A DNA stretch of 64,000 nucleotides from Raillietiella orientalis (lineage: Eukaryota): contig JAYWIR010000030.1 in NCBI GenBank assembly GCA_036172245.1, positions 558,001 to 622,000 on the forward strand, in the 5' to 3' direction. The notes beneath the pieces are model-generated. The model did not search any database, was not told the origin of the DNA, and worked only from the letters and a program-made list of their open reading frames with translations. A program made the translations under genes and the position numbers. The number at the start of each line of letters is the position of its first letter. The first letter of the stretch is position 1. Of the stretch, positions 38,170-51,000 are shown in pieces.

Positions 38170-39696
38170 TCATCCAAACTCCGGGACATCTTCCAGCGAG
38201 CACCTGAACGCATTGGTCTGCCTGCGTTTGAAGCCCGCGGGACAACTCGCGATGGTCTCGGGAGAGCTGCAGCCTCCCCTCGCGTCCAGGACCAGCCCGG
38301 CTGGGCACGTGATCCTTGGCAGGGATGCGCTTCGGAGTGATCGGCGGAGGACCTGCTCGTAAGCCACTTTCTCGCGGCATTTCCAGTTGACGCTCCGCTT
38401 CGCCCCGGGCATGCAAGGATTCAGAGGCTTCGCGTCGAAGAGCACCACCTGCCGCTTGATGTTGCTGCTTCCCGTCGGGGAGGAGGACGAAGCGCTCTCT
38501 CCCCCTCGAGCCTCTTCGGACTCCAGGCACGTCAGGGAGAAGTTGGCGTGGTCCACGCCCAGCGTGCGGTTGCCCTCACAGGGATCTGGGCTGCCGAGCT
38601 GGTAGCAGCTTCCTTGGAAGTTCACCAAGGGCGCATCGCAGATCCGAGGGATGCATCCGGGTTTCCCTTTTTCGTCGACGGCCCACAGGGCGCCTTTCGG
38701 GCACGGACCCTCCGCGTACAGCTCGTGGCACTCTCCCTCGTCGTCCTGGAGGTGGCCTGGCAGGCAGTGGCACACCACGTCTCCGAAGAACGCGATGTAC
38801 GACCTCTGGTTGGCGCGGCTGCACACCCTCGTGTCGCGCACGTCGTAGCACCTCTGGAAGGCGGGTACTAAGAGCAGTCCATCATCGCACGGCTTGGGGA
38901 AGCACCGAGGGAGTCTGGTGGCAGGATCGCCCAGCAGCCACATACTCTCGCCACAGGAGGCACCGATCTCCAGGCACCTCCCGCCGTCGTTCCCCGACCT
39001 CATGCGGTCTCGAGAACACCCATCAGGAGGTTCGTCCATTCCGGGAAAGGGCAGTTTGATGTGGGAGAGACCCGCCACGAAGTACTCGCTGAGGCAACTA
39101 GGGCACCCTCCGGGCACGATCTCCAAGAACGGGAGCACGACGGAGTCGATCTTGGTCACGACCTGTGGAACATACACTGTCTGCCAGAAACCTGGGACCC
39201 ATGCCGGAGACAAGACCAGCTCCTGCCTCTGGACGTGCACCCTCCGCGGGGACTGAACAAGGTCCACCAGAATGCACGCGAAGGCGACCACCGCGGCCAG
39301 CTCTCCGATACTGCGCACTTCCTTGCCCAGGCTGCCCAGCACGGGTCCGCTTCCGAGGAAGGACGGATGGAGGGGGAAGGAAGAGGAGGAGGAGGGCGAG
39401 GGAGGGGAAGGGAAGGCGCTCCCGATGGTTGCGGAGCTTGCGGCCGGGTGGACGAGAGCTGTGCCGTCGCTCCCACGTGCGCCGGCAGCTGAACTCCGAA
39501 CCCGGCTTCCTTCTGCTGCCTGGTTCCCCTCCAGTACCCGGAACAGGCCGCGGAAGCTCCCGTAGTCTGGGCAAACCACGGCACTCATCTGAGCTGGCGG
39601 CTGGTCACTCTCTCGAGAAGGTGGTCGCGCGACTGACGCGAAGGGCGACTCGTCGGCACTGCCACCACTGCCACTGCCGCCGATTCTTTTGTCCAT
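38170..39696 (-). CDS. DUF4789-like cysteine-rich, probably secreted arthropod protein; the true coding part likely starts near 39318-39350 and the upstream ORF portion may be intronic
   Basis: Pattern VCHCLPGHLQDDEGECHELYAEGPCPKG...PGCIPRICD...FQGSCYQLGSPDPC...LTC...CMPGAKRSVNWKCR matches the recalled DUF4789 cysteine spacing. A hydrophobic signal-like stretch ELAAVVAFACILVDLVQS is present, and codons are GC3-rich. A pyrimidine tract on the minus strand at ~39360-39400 precedes the signal-like stretch. Confidence 0.8.
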   Translation of the reverse strand: MDKRIGGSGSGGSADESPFASVARPPSRESDQPPAQMSAVVCPDYGSFRGLFRVLEGNQAAEGSRVRSSAAGARGSDGTALVHPAASSATIGSAFPSPPSPSSSSSFPLHPSFLGSGPVLGSLGKEVRSIGELAAVVAFACILVDLVQSPRRVHVQRQELVLSPAWVPGFWQTVYVPQVVTKIDSVVLPFLEIVPGGCPSCLSEYFVAGLSHIKLPFPGMDEPPDGCSRDRMRSGNDGGRCLEIGASCGESMWLLGDPATRLPRCFPKPCDDGLLLVPAFQRCYDVRDTRVCSRANQRSYIAFFGDVVCHCLPGHLQDDEGECHELYAEGPCPKGALWAVDEKGKPGCIPRICDAPLVNFQGSCYQLGSPDPCEGNRTLGVDHANFSLTCLESEEARGGESASSSSPTGSSNIKRQVVLFDAKPLNPCMPGAKRSVNWKCREKVAYEQVLRRSLRSASLPRITCPAGLVLDARGGCSSPETIASCPAGFKRRQTNAFRCSLEDVPEFG

Positions 39697-42600
39697 GATT
39701 CAGCGATTCAGCTAGCTGATTCATCTTACTTCTTTTTTTTTTTTTTTTTTTTTTCTTTCCCCTTCTCCCTCTCTTTTTCTTTTTTCTCCATCCCCCCCCT
39801 TCCTCGTTTTATCGCTCTCTCCTCCCTTCAAGGTAAGTCCGCAGAGAGTCCCTTCGCGCGCGATTGGAACTGGAAAGCCGCCAAAGCCGGCAGGTATCCT
39901 CAGCGTCTGTTGACTGGAAGCAAAGCGGGAAGCGAGGCGACCGCGTCCATGGACGCGAGAAGCCTCTTCCAAGCAAAAGCCAAATTCCAACTCCGAAGAC
40001 CGAACTCCCACTTGCGATGTCGAAGGGAGCTGGAACTAGCCTGCCCATTGCCCCTTTTCCCACTCTTCTTCTCCCACTCCGGTTAAAGAAAGAGCAGCAA
40101 AGGAAGCGACTGAATCTAGCAGACCTTTTACCCAGGAAGCCTCTCGAAAATTTTGGAGGTGGGGCTGGGTTGGTTTCCGGGACACAACACTGGCGGGGAA
40201 CGATGGTCTCCCACAAAATGTGAGAAGGAACTCTGTTCCGCCTAGCAGACTCCAAGAAAATGTCCATATGGAGTGCTCCCTCTCCTCGAAGCCTCTCATC
40301 CTTCCTCCTCATCCTCATCTCTTCATCCACTGAGCTACTTGTCTGGATGTCGTGTCGCTTTCTAGATTCCCTGATCGGATCAATGAAACAGCGGTCGTTG
40401 CGCAAGACAGGAAGGAGAATGCAAAAAAACGAAAAGCAAACTCGTACCCTCCCGGGAAGAACTGAAACACAATCATGCTGATGCTTTGATCTCCTCCGCA
40501 GGCACGCTTCCTTGTGTTTCACCTCGAAGAACGACTTACTTTCGTCGCTGCGCTTGGTGGCACCTTCCTTGTCCACTCTTGAACTCGGGAAGGCCCTGCG
40601 TGGATCAACCTCTCTTTATCGTCTCGGACCCGCAGGGGGTCTCTCCTACCTGCTTCCCAACGGGAACTTCTAAGGGGGCAACCTGTATCGTGCTATACCC
40701 CACCAGGTACGCGGTCACGTTTTGCTACCACCACTCCAGTGATAAAGAAGATGCATAACCGAGATCGAATTCGTCCGCGCGGCAGAAAAGGGGGGAGGGG
40801 GAGATGCTAAGGCGGAGGAAAGGAGATGCAAGATCATCAGGATAGCTGAGAAACGTAAGGGTGTTTGCGAAAAGGTCGGAACTTACGACGGAGCAGGCAC
40901 ACCTGAACGTGCAGTCACACATAAGTCGAATGAGGGTGAAAATACCGAAATGAATGGAAAAAAACAAAAACAAAGCCGAACAGGAATAAAAAAACAAATA
41001 AACTGAGTGAGGATCTTAACTTTCACCGTGCATTAGAACACTGATTGATGAATTTATATGCATGGTTGAGGCGCTTAATTTCTTGAGAATGGAAACGAAA
41101 CTCATGCATTTCGTGTTTACATGCCGTTGCTAGGCAGCCGGCAACTCTTGTTTCAGACTCTTATCATACAGGAAATCAAAATGTTGCCAAAACAAACACG
41201 CTTGTTATTTGTGCATTTAATCTGAAATATTATCAGAGGAGTCGTAGGAAAGCAATCGACGTTATTGATCATTTTCTGTTTTCCAGGTCGAGGTTCATCC
41301 TTTTGAATCGCCAAATAAAGCTTGCTGTCCTCTTTACCTCATTTGTCAGAATTGTCCCAGTGCTTTGATGATTTAATTTTCTTTTTAAGTGGATGCGTGT
41401 TCTGAAAGACTATGCTGAGCAGAGAGCTGATTGTCTCTTCCCCTTCTTTTGCTCTCTCCTTTCCCTTCAATTATTCATGCTTACGTCTAACCATTTTTCT
41501 CAATAACCTTTACGTTTGATTTTTTCGTCTTGTCATTTCTCCTCTGATTCCTGGCACCAGTTGCTTCCGTTTTTCGGAAGTCATGGGCTTCTTTGTTTTT
41601 CGACCATGATTTTCAGGTGGCATCACAATTGAGCTTTTGTTTTCCTTTGCTTTGCTCGTCCTTTAAAGAGGACTGCACTTCTGAGTAAACGCATACACCG
41701 TACTGTATGCCACACATCGGAATTGCGTCTTCCTTTTGTAAACATGAGGCAAGAGAGTTGGTTCTTATGCAAAGACACATTTTTTGCATTGTATCCTGAG
41801 CAGGTGCACCAACGCATCTGATTCCTAAGAGCCTGGAGGGAACTACGTTAGCGCATGAGCTTTTCTAGAGAGTCCGGATTCCTGTAGAAGACTTCAGAGC
41901 TTCCTGTCTCGAAAACAAGATCCAGAAGGCAGCAGCTTCATCCTGAACTCGCTTTCTTCTCTCCAGGGATGGTTTTCGAGAAACTGAGTGACCTTCAGTT
42001 CTGTGGTCGGAATCACAGACTGGACCAGCTGCAAATTCAGCTCGCCTTTTCCCCCTTGAGTCACTAGTTTTCTTGTATGCTGATGGACAAATCTGTGTGA
42101 GCAACAGCAGTGCTGCCACCACATGCTCTCATTTGCTTGAATTAGATCTGGAACGCACGCCGAACCCTGCTCTGGGAAAGGCCTCTGATGAGACCAAATG
42201 GAGTCAATTAGGTCCAGGAAGCAGCAACGACCTTAGAGCCTTCCCAGCGAACAGTGAAAGATGTTTCGCTTCTGGTTCTCCAAGGAGGGATTATTTTTTT
42301 CATTTCTCAGAAAGGAGATGGTTTGACACTCAAGAAATGCCATCGCAGATGCTCTTGCACCACAAACATCATGTGAGATCGCACGGAGCATCCGTCATGA
42401 CTACGGGGTCACCTTCGCGCAAGAACTCGACCAGCACGTGCACTGAACTGCTATTCGTGGAAACAGAGAGAGCAGTACCTGGGGCAGCTCTCCATCTTTC
42501 GCCCTACTGAGGAGAGCCGTTTTCCAAGAAGAATGCTTTTTCGGACAACCAGGATGTCGTCTGGTGCATCCACGAGCCAAGAGATTCTTCCCCACTCCCT

Positions 42601-44649
42601 CTTCCTCGACTCCGCGACACGATGCGAGAGAGAAGCTGGCCTTCTGAATCTCTCAACTCTGACGGCTGTCTTGGCGGTTGCTAGACCTGCCGCGGGAGAG
42701 CTGGGAGAGTTTCTATTTCCTCTTCATCAGCCCCCTCCTCTCCCTCTCCAACTTCCTGTTTGTTCCTCCTGACGTCTGGTCGTGCTTCCCAGTTGCATGC
42801 CGATGGACTCTGTCCATCAGAAACCGATTGACGAGCCGGAGATCTTTCCCGAAAGCAACAAACACATCGATCCATCATGTACGATTTTGAAAGGTCCTCC
42901 TCTTCTTTTTTTGCTGTTGTTTGCTGATGTGAGAGATGCTGCGCTCTCGACCTCCGACGATCCGCCACGTCCAGGGGGGATCGAGCTCAGCCGGCAATGA
43001 ACGAGGAACGACAGAGGTGCAGCTCGATCCAGGAGGGCGCGGTACGAAAAAGATCCCAGGCAAATGAGGCCGGAGGGCCTGCAGATCCTTGGAAATGGAG
43101 AGGGTTGAAGTGTGCCTTGAGGGGGGAGAGGAGGGAGCTATGAAACGCACGTGAGGACTCCCCGCGGTTTCGCAGCCGAGAGCCTCTTCCGGCACTCTCG
43201 GCATACTCCCGCCACCGGATCCAAGGAATTGTGGGAGCGCGTGTTTGGCAGGCTCGCCCCCATTCTGTCCGTTCTCTCGAAAGCGGAGGGGGGGGGGGGG
43301 GGTCAGCCGACTGCTGCTCGTTGGCGCGAAGGGTTGTAACCAACAGAGGAAGCTGCGAGAACGACTGGCATCTTCCTTCTGGAACCTTCGTGGAAAAGCC
43401 AGCAGCAAGGGAGACCTCGAATTTCGAAAGCTCCCCAAGACCTGCGTGCTGAAAAGCCCGTTGATCTCCGGGAACGTCGCGTGGCGCAGGCGCAAAAGCA
43501 AAGAGAACAACGGTGCTCTCTGCTCCCGGATAGAAAAAGAAAGCGAATCTTTTGGAGGGAGGGTGTTGGAAATGCTCCGTAATCCGATCGAAAAAGAGAA
43601 GAAACGGCATGTTGATAATCTCTCCACCCCACCCACCCCTTTCTCACCGAAATTTAGGATTTTTTGTTTTTTTCTAATGCATTTCGCGCTGGTCACGTTG
43701 CCGACAACGTGACCAGCGCTGGACGGACGAATCCCTTCGGTTCGGTCGTGCAATTCCTCTCGAAAATACGCGCTCCCGGTATTTGACGTCTTTCTTTTTT
43801 CTTTTTACTCGGGCGGAAGCTCCTTCGGCTGTTGTATTGTCGTTCCCAAGGGATGGCCTCCTGGACTCGCGTCCGCTCGTCGCCCAGGGAAACGACAGGG
43901 AACTCGGAAGACTTTTGCTGAGACCGAAGAACGAACTCGTCAGAAGAGCGCGCGGCAGCGCAATGGCGCCAGGAGGAGAAGGGCAGGACCAGACTCCTCG
44001 TAGGTCTCAATCGGAACAGCAGTCCGTGAGGAGGCAGGGAAGGTGGAGCTGCCGCCGCGGGAGCAGTGGTGGAGCCAACAACGACGACCGAGGAACTCCA
44101 ACGGGGAAGCTCTGTGAGCCCAGGGGGTCGTGGCATCCCTTCCATGAAGTCCGGGAAGCCAGAGGTCATCCGAGTAGCGGCCAAAGATTGCCCAGGGCAA
44201 CACGGTTGCCAAAGGAAACCAAAAAAAAAAAAAAAACCCTGTCATTTTGATGATGCTTTCCTCTGTATGCTTTCCTCTTTCCAAAGGTCACTCGCTGCTA
44301 TTCTGCGCTCGGTCTTATCGTTACTCAGGGACACGCGATTTTTCTCTCCTGATCTTCATCGGCGCGCAGGAGACTGGAAAACCTGCTTATTGGCGGTCCG
44401 TCGGACCGATTCCGTGACGCCTCCTGAGGGAAAGGATGAGATAGCGTCACGACAGAGTGGGAGCCGGGATGCATCGTTTCCAGCCTCCCCTTCCGCCGGT
44501 GGGGCCTCGAATAATCAGGAAAGACGGACTTTGGCAACGAGACCGCCTGGAAACGGTCTTGCAACTCATTTCTTACTCTTACTCCTGACGTTCCGAGTTC
44601 TCGTTTCCTCCGCCACAGACTCATCCTTCCCCGAGACTAGGAGCTCGTG

Positions 44650-45000
44650 GACGCGCACACACGCCAGGAACAGGGCTCTCCGTAGCGGAGTGGCATTGGC
44701 CGTCGCGCAGGGCAACCGTGTGAAAGAGGAGGAAGGATCCCTATCCTCGGTGGAAAGCAGCAGGGATCTTTCCTTCCCTTTTGCATCCCTCCCGAATCCG
44801 CAGCTGATCACTGCTGGTGGCAGTGGTCCAGCCCTTCCCGTTGGACCGCTTTGGAAGCCGGAGTCTTCCGTCGACGGGGCAGACCGGTGGTGACGTCGAG
44901 CAGCCAGCAGATCGACCTCCCGGAAGGCGTTCTTCCCAGCCTCCAGCTCGCTTTGGGAATGTGAAGGCACCGTGAGGGAGAGGATCACGGCCTTTGGAGC
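44650..45000 (-). mobile_element. decayed LINE RT fragment
   Basis: SELEAGKNAFREVDLLAARRH...SGF resembles LD.EKAFD.VDH....L...GF. Confidence 0.4.
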
Positions 45001-45024
45001 TTCCTGGTTATTCTACCACTGCCC

Positions 45025-46100
45025 GGCGTCTCGCGGTTTATCAATCGGTCACGCCGGAGCGTTTATTATAAAAAAACAATGAACATACATGCATAGGGCC
45101 ATTGGTCCTACATCGCTCGAAAATGTTCGGTACCTGCGAGTAACCGGCACGCAGGTCGGCGAGGTTCGCCTCGTCAGCAAAGAAGGGGAGGAGCAAACAA
45201 AAATAAAAATAAATAAAAGTCAATAATGAAAAAAAAATACTGGGGGTACGGGAAGGGGTCACTGACCACTGAAGGGCGTTCTCTCCATTGTTTCCAGGGT
45301 GCCGAAAAGTTCCATCCGAGTGTGTCCCAGGTAGGGCCATCTAGTTGCCGTCCTCATGGAGCTCAGGGCGAAGCAGGTGGCGTCCCTGTCGTGCCGTCCT
45401 CCTCTCGCATAGTTTTACAATCCCGAATAGTCAGCAAAGAGCTGCTAGGAATGCGGCAGGCGAAGGGGTATCGCGCACGAAGAAGCGCTTCCTCACGTCC
45501 GTGGGATTGTCCGTCTTTGCACCAAGGGCCGTTGCGTAACGCAACCATACGGACCGGAGGGCAACACAGTCTACAAGCAGGTGCAGGAGCGATTCCCGTT
45601 CCTCTCACCTGCAACAGTCGGAATCCACAGCCCCCGGGTCCAGTGAGACCAGAGGGAGTTGCAAGGGATATCCCCGTGCATCAGGGCCGACTCCTGCCAC
45701 TTCAATGGGAGGGTGTGCCTATCCAAAAACGCTGAAAGCAACTGCAGATCTTCCGCCGGAACTCCCAGTAGCTCGCCTTAGTGCAATAGCCCTCTTGATG
45801 ATGCACTTGGGATCGCAGAGTCCGTGAGCTGGCCCGTGGTCCAACCACCTAATTCCTTCGTCCGAAGACCTATTTCGCAACTGACCTCCCATTTGACAGG
45901 CTGGTTACTGCCCAGGTGCTCCCTGAGGGAAGGCAGCGCCGCAACAAGGGAAGTTCTTTGCTCGCACGCACAAGTGGTGGGCTGCACGATAACGTCTTGC
46001 AACGGACGTTGTAGTATTTGTTGTAGAAGGAGTGCAGCAGTCGCTGCCACAGCTTCAGACCCGCTTCTTTGTTCTTGGCCCATGTGCGAAAGGTTTCCTG
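45025..46100 (-). mobile_element. 3' portion of an L1/Tx1-type LINE (post-RT region, zf-RVT, 3'UTR)
   Basis: KWEVSCEIGLRTKELGGW (cf. ..PK..GGLG), LLHLLVDCVALRSVW...NPTDVRKRFFVRD...AAFLAALC, and the family 3'UTR ending AATAAACGCTCCGGCG. Confidence 0.7.
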
Positions 46101-46618
46101 CAGTCAGGCACTACCATTCGCGGTCCGGCAGAAGATCCAGTTGTTGGTCCCGGTCCGTTTGAGCACTTGCTGGAGCTCCAATCAGCAGCAGGACTGGTTG
46201 CGTCTGCGCCGCCGCTCCAGGAACGCCGTGCGTGGTGCACCGGCAGCATCTTCACGGTCGCTGCAGCACGCCTGACGAGCGGACAAACGGTGGCCGGACT
46301 GACAGGCGCTGCTCTGCTCGCGGATGCCGACGTCCTCGTTCTCGTGCTCTGCTACAGAAAGCGTCGTTCCTCATTAGTTGCAGAATAAAAGGAGGAACGA
46401 ATGAAAAATGGCGTTTGGGGAGGGCACTGACGATGGAAACCCTGACGGAGATCTGTAGCGATTCTGACGTGCGAGTCGGCCATAAGAGAGGGATGCGGGA
46501 CGGATAGCGGATGCTCTGCTTTCATCTGCAGTTTCCTTGCCTTTCTTCCTCTTCGTCATCATTGCGAACAACAATCACGGGCGTCAGCTTCAGAGTCGGT
46601 GACACTATCACGTTCCAC

Positions 46619-47080
46619 CATCATTATCAATCGTGGTAACCATCATGAAGCATCATTATTATCGACGAAAAAAGGAAAGAAAACACCATCATCGTCATCA
46701 TGAGTCATCATCTCCATCACCACCGTCATCTCGGGATAGCTTGCGCTCGTAGGGGTTAGGGAGAAAAGGGAAGTCGTGTCCGAAGAAGCAGGTGACAGGC
46801 TATTGACTCGATGCGACTTCGACTTCGATCCCACCTCAAGCTCCAGGCGGGTGCTGCGCGCTGCTTGCCGAAGATCGGGCTGTCCGCGGGCGCCCCCTAG
46901 CGGACCTATTTGAGCGTATGGTGCGGGCTGAATCCGCCGAGTACAGTGATGGGTGGTGGCCTGGAGGAGTGCTGGAGACCTGGTGCGGAAGCAAATTCCG
47001 TCCGGGTAGCCTTTGGGCATGGTGCAGTCGATCCCTGGTCGTCGAGGAACAAGACTCTGTGAGCATCTGGCGGTGCACTC
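46619..47080 (-). mobile_element. LINE endonuclease fragment plus (CAT)n-rich segment, paralog of 8940-9375
   Basis: Colinear nucleotide similarity to 8940-9375 in the same orientation, e.g. ATCAATCGTGGTAACCATCA and GCTGCGCGCTGCTTGCCGAAGATCGG in both. Confidence 0.75.
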
Positions 47081-47899
47081 GCAGGGGGAAGAACGGTTGC
47101 CCGGAAGTAGTTCGACAGCAGGTCGAGGAAAAGGGTCGCTTCCTTCGGGTTCCTTCTTTCGGGAGTCATCTTCCTACCGAAAGGCAGTTCGAATTGGAAA
47201 GACGACGATCCACCAATCTGATGATCCTTCTACGGTGGAGGAAGTGGCGTCCTTCCTTCCCGAAGTGAGCGAAGCCTTCCAGGTTTCCCGAGGAGAAGCA
47301 GACCGGAAGCCTCAAACATGGACAGCCTTTGGAACACCTTCAGGACTGGATCCGGGAGCAAGGTGCAGAGGAACCGAAGAGAAAGATAGTTCGGGATGGA
47401 CCGTCTCCTTATCTCCTCGCGCGATGGGAGTCTGCCTCACGCTTTCCGGCTGGAAAAGGGATGAGTTCGCTGACCCTCTCTATCTCCCCCTTTTCCCTTT
47501 GAGAAATTCAGCTCCACGTCCTACGCACTGCCGCGTGAGGTGCGCTCAAGAAGGGCCAGGCGGAACTTGAACGTCTGACCTGCCACCTCCTGCATCTGCA
47601 CCCGGCAGCCTGTCGGGCATTGGGAATGCGGTCCGCAGGCTGTTGGCCCGCTCGACAGCTACTCCCTTCATCGCAGCGGCATCCCCTGCTCCCGAGATTC
47701 ATGACGTCAGCACATCAGCAAGGGGAGGGATCTCGGGTCTCAGAACCCTCCCTTTGTGGCTGGAGTGCTCGCCAGCCCGCTGGCGCAGCAACACCAACGA
47801 CTCCTTCTCTGGAGTGAGCTCTTCGGAATCCGGAGAGGGCGTGCTAAAGGTGCCCCCTTGATGATGGCGGACAGATCGTTGCTTCTCCCCCCCCCCCCT

Positions 47900-48140
47900 C
47901 AGATGGCATCAGTTGGCGCCGCTGATGCTGCACTGGGGTATCCGTGCAACACGCGGCCACTGCTGGACGAGGGGGAATGTCGCGTGCCCGGTGGTGTGGA
48001 GAAAAGGGGCCTTCCCTCGCCTGCTAGTGCACGTTCTATTGCCCACTAGGCATCGCGACAACGTTTGTCCGCTACCCTCCCGGTGGACGACCCCAGGAAC
48101 GTTCTTTAGTCCTTGTTTGCGAGGGATGCCACGTCGCCCG
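47900..48140 (+). mobile_element. LINE zf-RVT-like fragment
   Basis: VWRKGAFPRLLVHVLLPTRHRDNVCPLPSRW...FFSPC resembles W......H..LPT..R....C..C.....H.F..C. Confidence 0.4.
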
Positions 48141-49149
48141 CAACCGCAATCGCGGCGATCTGACGCGTGCTCGTGGTCGTCACAGAGAAGTGCGAGGCCG
48201 CCTCTCGGCCTCGACGACAAGGAATCCTGTTCCTCAGGATTGTGTCGAGACGTTCCCCTCTGGTCTGGCTGCCACGAGGAGCTCGCTGACATGCTGCGAT
48301 GGGTGCAGAGGAATCAACGTCACATCCCTTCCCTTTCCCTTCCGCATTTTTGGAACCGCGAAGAGTCCTTTTTGCTTTTTCTTCTTCTTCCCGTTCCCCT
48401 CAGAGCTCGTTGTGGGGCAATGCCTTCTAAGAACTGCGTGACTCAATGGAAGGCTGCTCCATCACTGTTTCTTGCATGTTAAGTTTTTTCTTTTTTTTTT
48501 CAATAAATGAGAGGTCCGGCGCAACTGGTTGAAAAATCGGCAGGTAATTGCACGGTGGGTCGCCCCCGGGGCTCTTGGATCCGCCCCAATGGCACTCCAT
48601 AGAAAAGTTCTGGTTCCCACCTCCGGCTGGAGGGAGGTTTAACTGCATGTTGCCCAGAGACCTGCTCCGTCCGGTTGTTCTTTCGGCACCGCGACCGGGG
48701 CGGACCTGGAAGCGTCGATATTCGAGTGGGACGCAGCAGAACCTCGCTCGGAGTCGACGCATGCGCTCGTCGAAGATCCGCGCTGGTCATGCTCCGTCCT
48801 CCAGTGATCGGTGATCCTTAGGGGGTGCATCTTCAGGGTCGCATTCCTCTCGATCTCCAAGGCAACGAAGCTGCACCTCTCCCCGCAGGGGCAGGGCTTC
48901 GGACCGGACGCAACTTTTATGGGAGTTTGGCGGCCGCTATCCTAGTTGCCACACTCAACCGTTCATCGCTGCAAGATCTCGAAGAAGATAGAGAGATAGA
49001 AAGCTCTCTGCTTTGTCCCGCCCCCTCTTCTGCTCCCAAATAAGACCTTTTTTTTTTTTTCTATGGACGCAATCCGTGATCGCTTTGCCTTACGAATAGC
49101 CAGCACGTGACCATCATGCAGTGCGATGAGCCGGTTGCATTCGGCTCTG

Positions 49150-49950
49150 GATGAGGCTGATGCGTGGACACTAAAACAGAATGAGTAATGGGTCGCCGCG
49201 AATTGGAACATCAGCCTGTCGTCCAGACCACTTACGCTTTCCAGGAAGCGCATCTCTGACTCGTAGGGAAGCACCCAAACCGAGGAGAGGCTGCGTGAGA
49301 GGAGAGACAGCATCTTGCGACGAGAGTATCCGAGGTTTTCCGACGATCCGTTCTTTCATGCGTTGTGACCCGATACACCGCGTGTGCAAATGCAGCGTCT
49401 CATATGTATCGTGTGTACGAATGTTATGCGTGTCGACAGCACCGCTAGCCGGGAGGGGTAGGTGAGGACTGGATGTGGAGGAGGTGTGAGTCGTGCAAGG
49501 AGCCTCTCTGACATCCTCCATCTCTGCATCAACAAGTTCAACCGGATTACCTTAAAACATCTAGTGATCGGGGTCAAGGGGGTGGCTGCCTGGTGTATTC
49601 GAATCAGCCGGCAACCTAAACAGACCCGATGTCCTGATCTTGTTTTTTTTCACATGGTGAGGAGCAGGGGAGCCAATAATCGACGTTCGCAGGGGAATCG
49701 AACGCAGAGGCAAGTGACGTTGCCTTGCATTCCCTACTTCTCTTCAGAGGACTCCAAGACAGGTTTGAGAGCTTCAAGATAGCCCAAGGAGAGCAAACGA
49801 CGAGTACTGTTTCTTCCTTCCTCCTCCTCACGAGTGCCCGAGTCAGAGTAACCATGCGTCGTGCATCCTTTGGAGCTCGGGTTCCAAGGAGCCACCAAGG
49901 GACGATGGGGCACTTAAGGAGCTGAAAAGACTCTCCCGGGATCCAAGAGG
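49150..49950 (-). mobile_element. decayed LINE RT fragment
   Basis: GMQGNVTCLCVRFPCERRLLAPLL (cf. G.RQG.PLSPLLF.L..E.L) and RIVGKPRILSSQDAVSPL (cf. LS..GK..L......S.L). Confidence 0.4.
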
Positions 49951-49999
49951 AGGAAAAAGGGAGGGAGTTCCGACATCCGAAATTTCCGTGGAGTATGCT

Positions 50000-51000
50000 G
50001 GATTGACATCCGGTTGCGCCGGGATGTTTATTTTTATACAATAAACACACAAGTCAGTCGCAGGATGCAACCCGTCCTGCCACATTACAAGTGTAACCAT
50101 TGGAACCCGACGAGAATCGGCGCGCAGGCTGGCGAAGTTTGCCTCGGCAGCAGAGGAGAAGGGGAAAAACAAAAAGGAAAATAAAACAAAGAATATATGC
50201 AAAAAAATTGGTAGACTTTGGGAAGGGATCACCGGATTCTGGAGGGAGTCCTCTGCATCCTTTCCAAAATGCTGGCAAGTTCCATCTGAGTGTATGTCCC
50301 AGGTGGGGCCATCTTGCTGCGTCCTCAGGAAGCACCAGGTGAAGCAGATGGCGTACCTGTCGTGCCGTCCTCCTCTCGCGTAGCTCCAGGACGCCACGAT
50401 CCCGCGTAGGCAGCAGCAAAGAGCTGCTGGGGATGCGGCAGGAAGAGGCGCTTCAGAACCTCTCTGGGGTTGCCCTCGGGGTTCTGCAGGGACGCAGCAA
50501 AGCGTTCCCACATGGAAAGGAGAGCAACACAATCCATGAGCAGCTGCGGGAGAGTCTCCTTCTCCACGCACTTGTCGCATTCTGCACCTACCCTCTCCCC
50601 TGTCTCGTGGTGAGGTCACGCTTTGCATGGGATTCCCCAATGCACGAAGAACAGCAGCCCCAACGTCTGCCACTTGAGGAAAAAGGTGCCACCATGGGGG
50701 CCGCTTTATCTCATCGGGAAATCGTAGCAGGAATTTGTAGCAGCTCTCCCCAGCGTAGCAGTCCTTTGGATGGGACACTCAGCTGCCGAGTTGTCCGCGC
50801 ATCCAGATGTTTTTTCTTGTTACGCACGTCACCTTTTACCGCTGTCCCTTGCTTCCCATAGAGAGGGCAGTACTGGAGCGAAAGGGGGTGGACGACGTCC
50901 AAAGCAGATTCCCGGTGTCATTCAGGATCTCCCAAGGCGACCGACGAGCGTATCTCCTGGTAAGTGCTCTGGATGGAATCGGCCGAGAGAGACACGGTCC
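50000..51000 (-). mobile_element. 3' portion of an L1/Tx1-type LINE (zf-RVT plus 3'UTR)
   Basis: ECDKCVEKETLPQLLMDCVALLSMWERFAASLQNPEGNPREVLKRLFL, then the family 3'UTR ending AATAAACATCCCGGCG. Confidence 0.75.

Noticed and set aside
46182..46348. Possible minus-strand terminal exon ending ERRRRRNQSCC* (prenylation-like)
   Set aside because: No upstream exon or homology recognised, and it lies among LINE debris.
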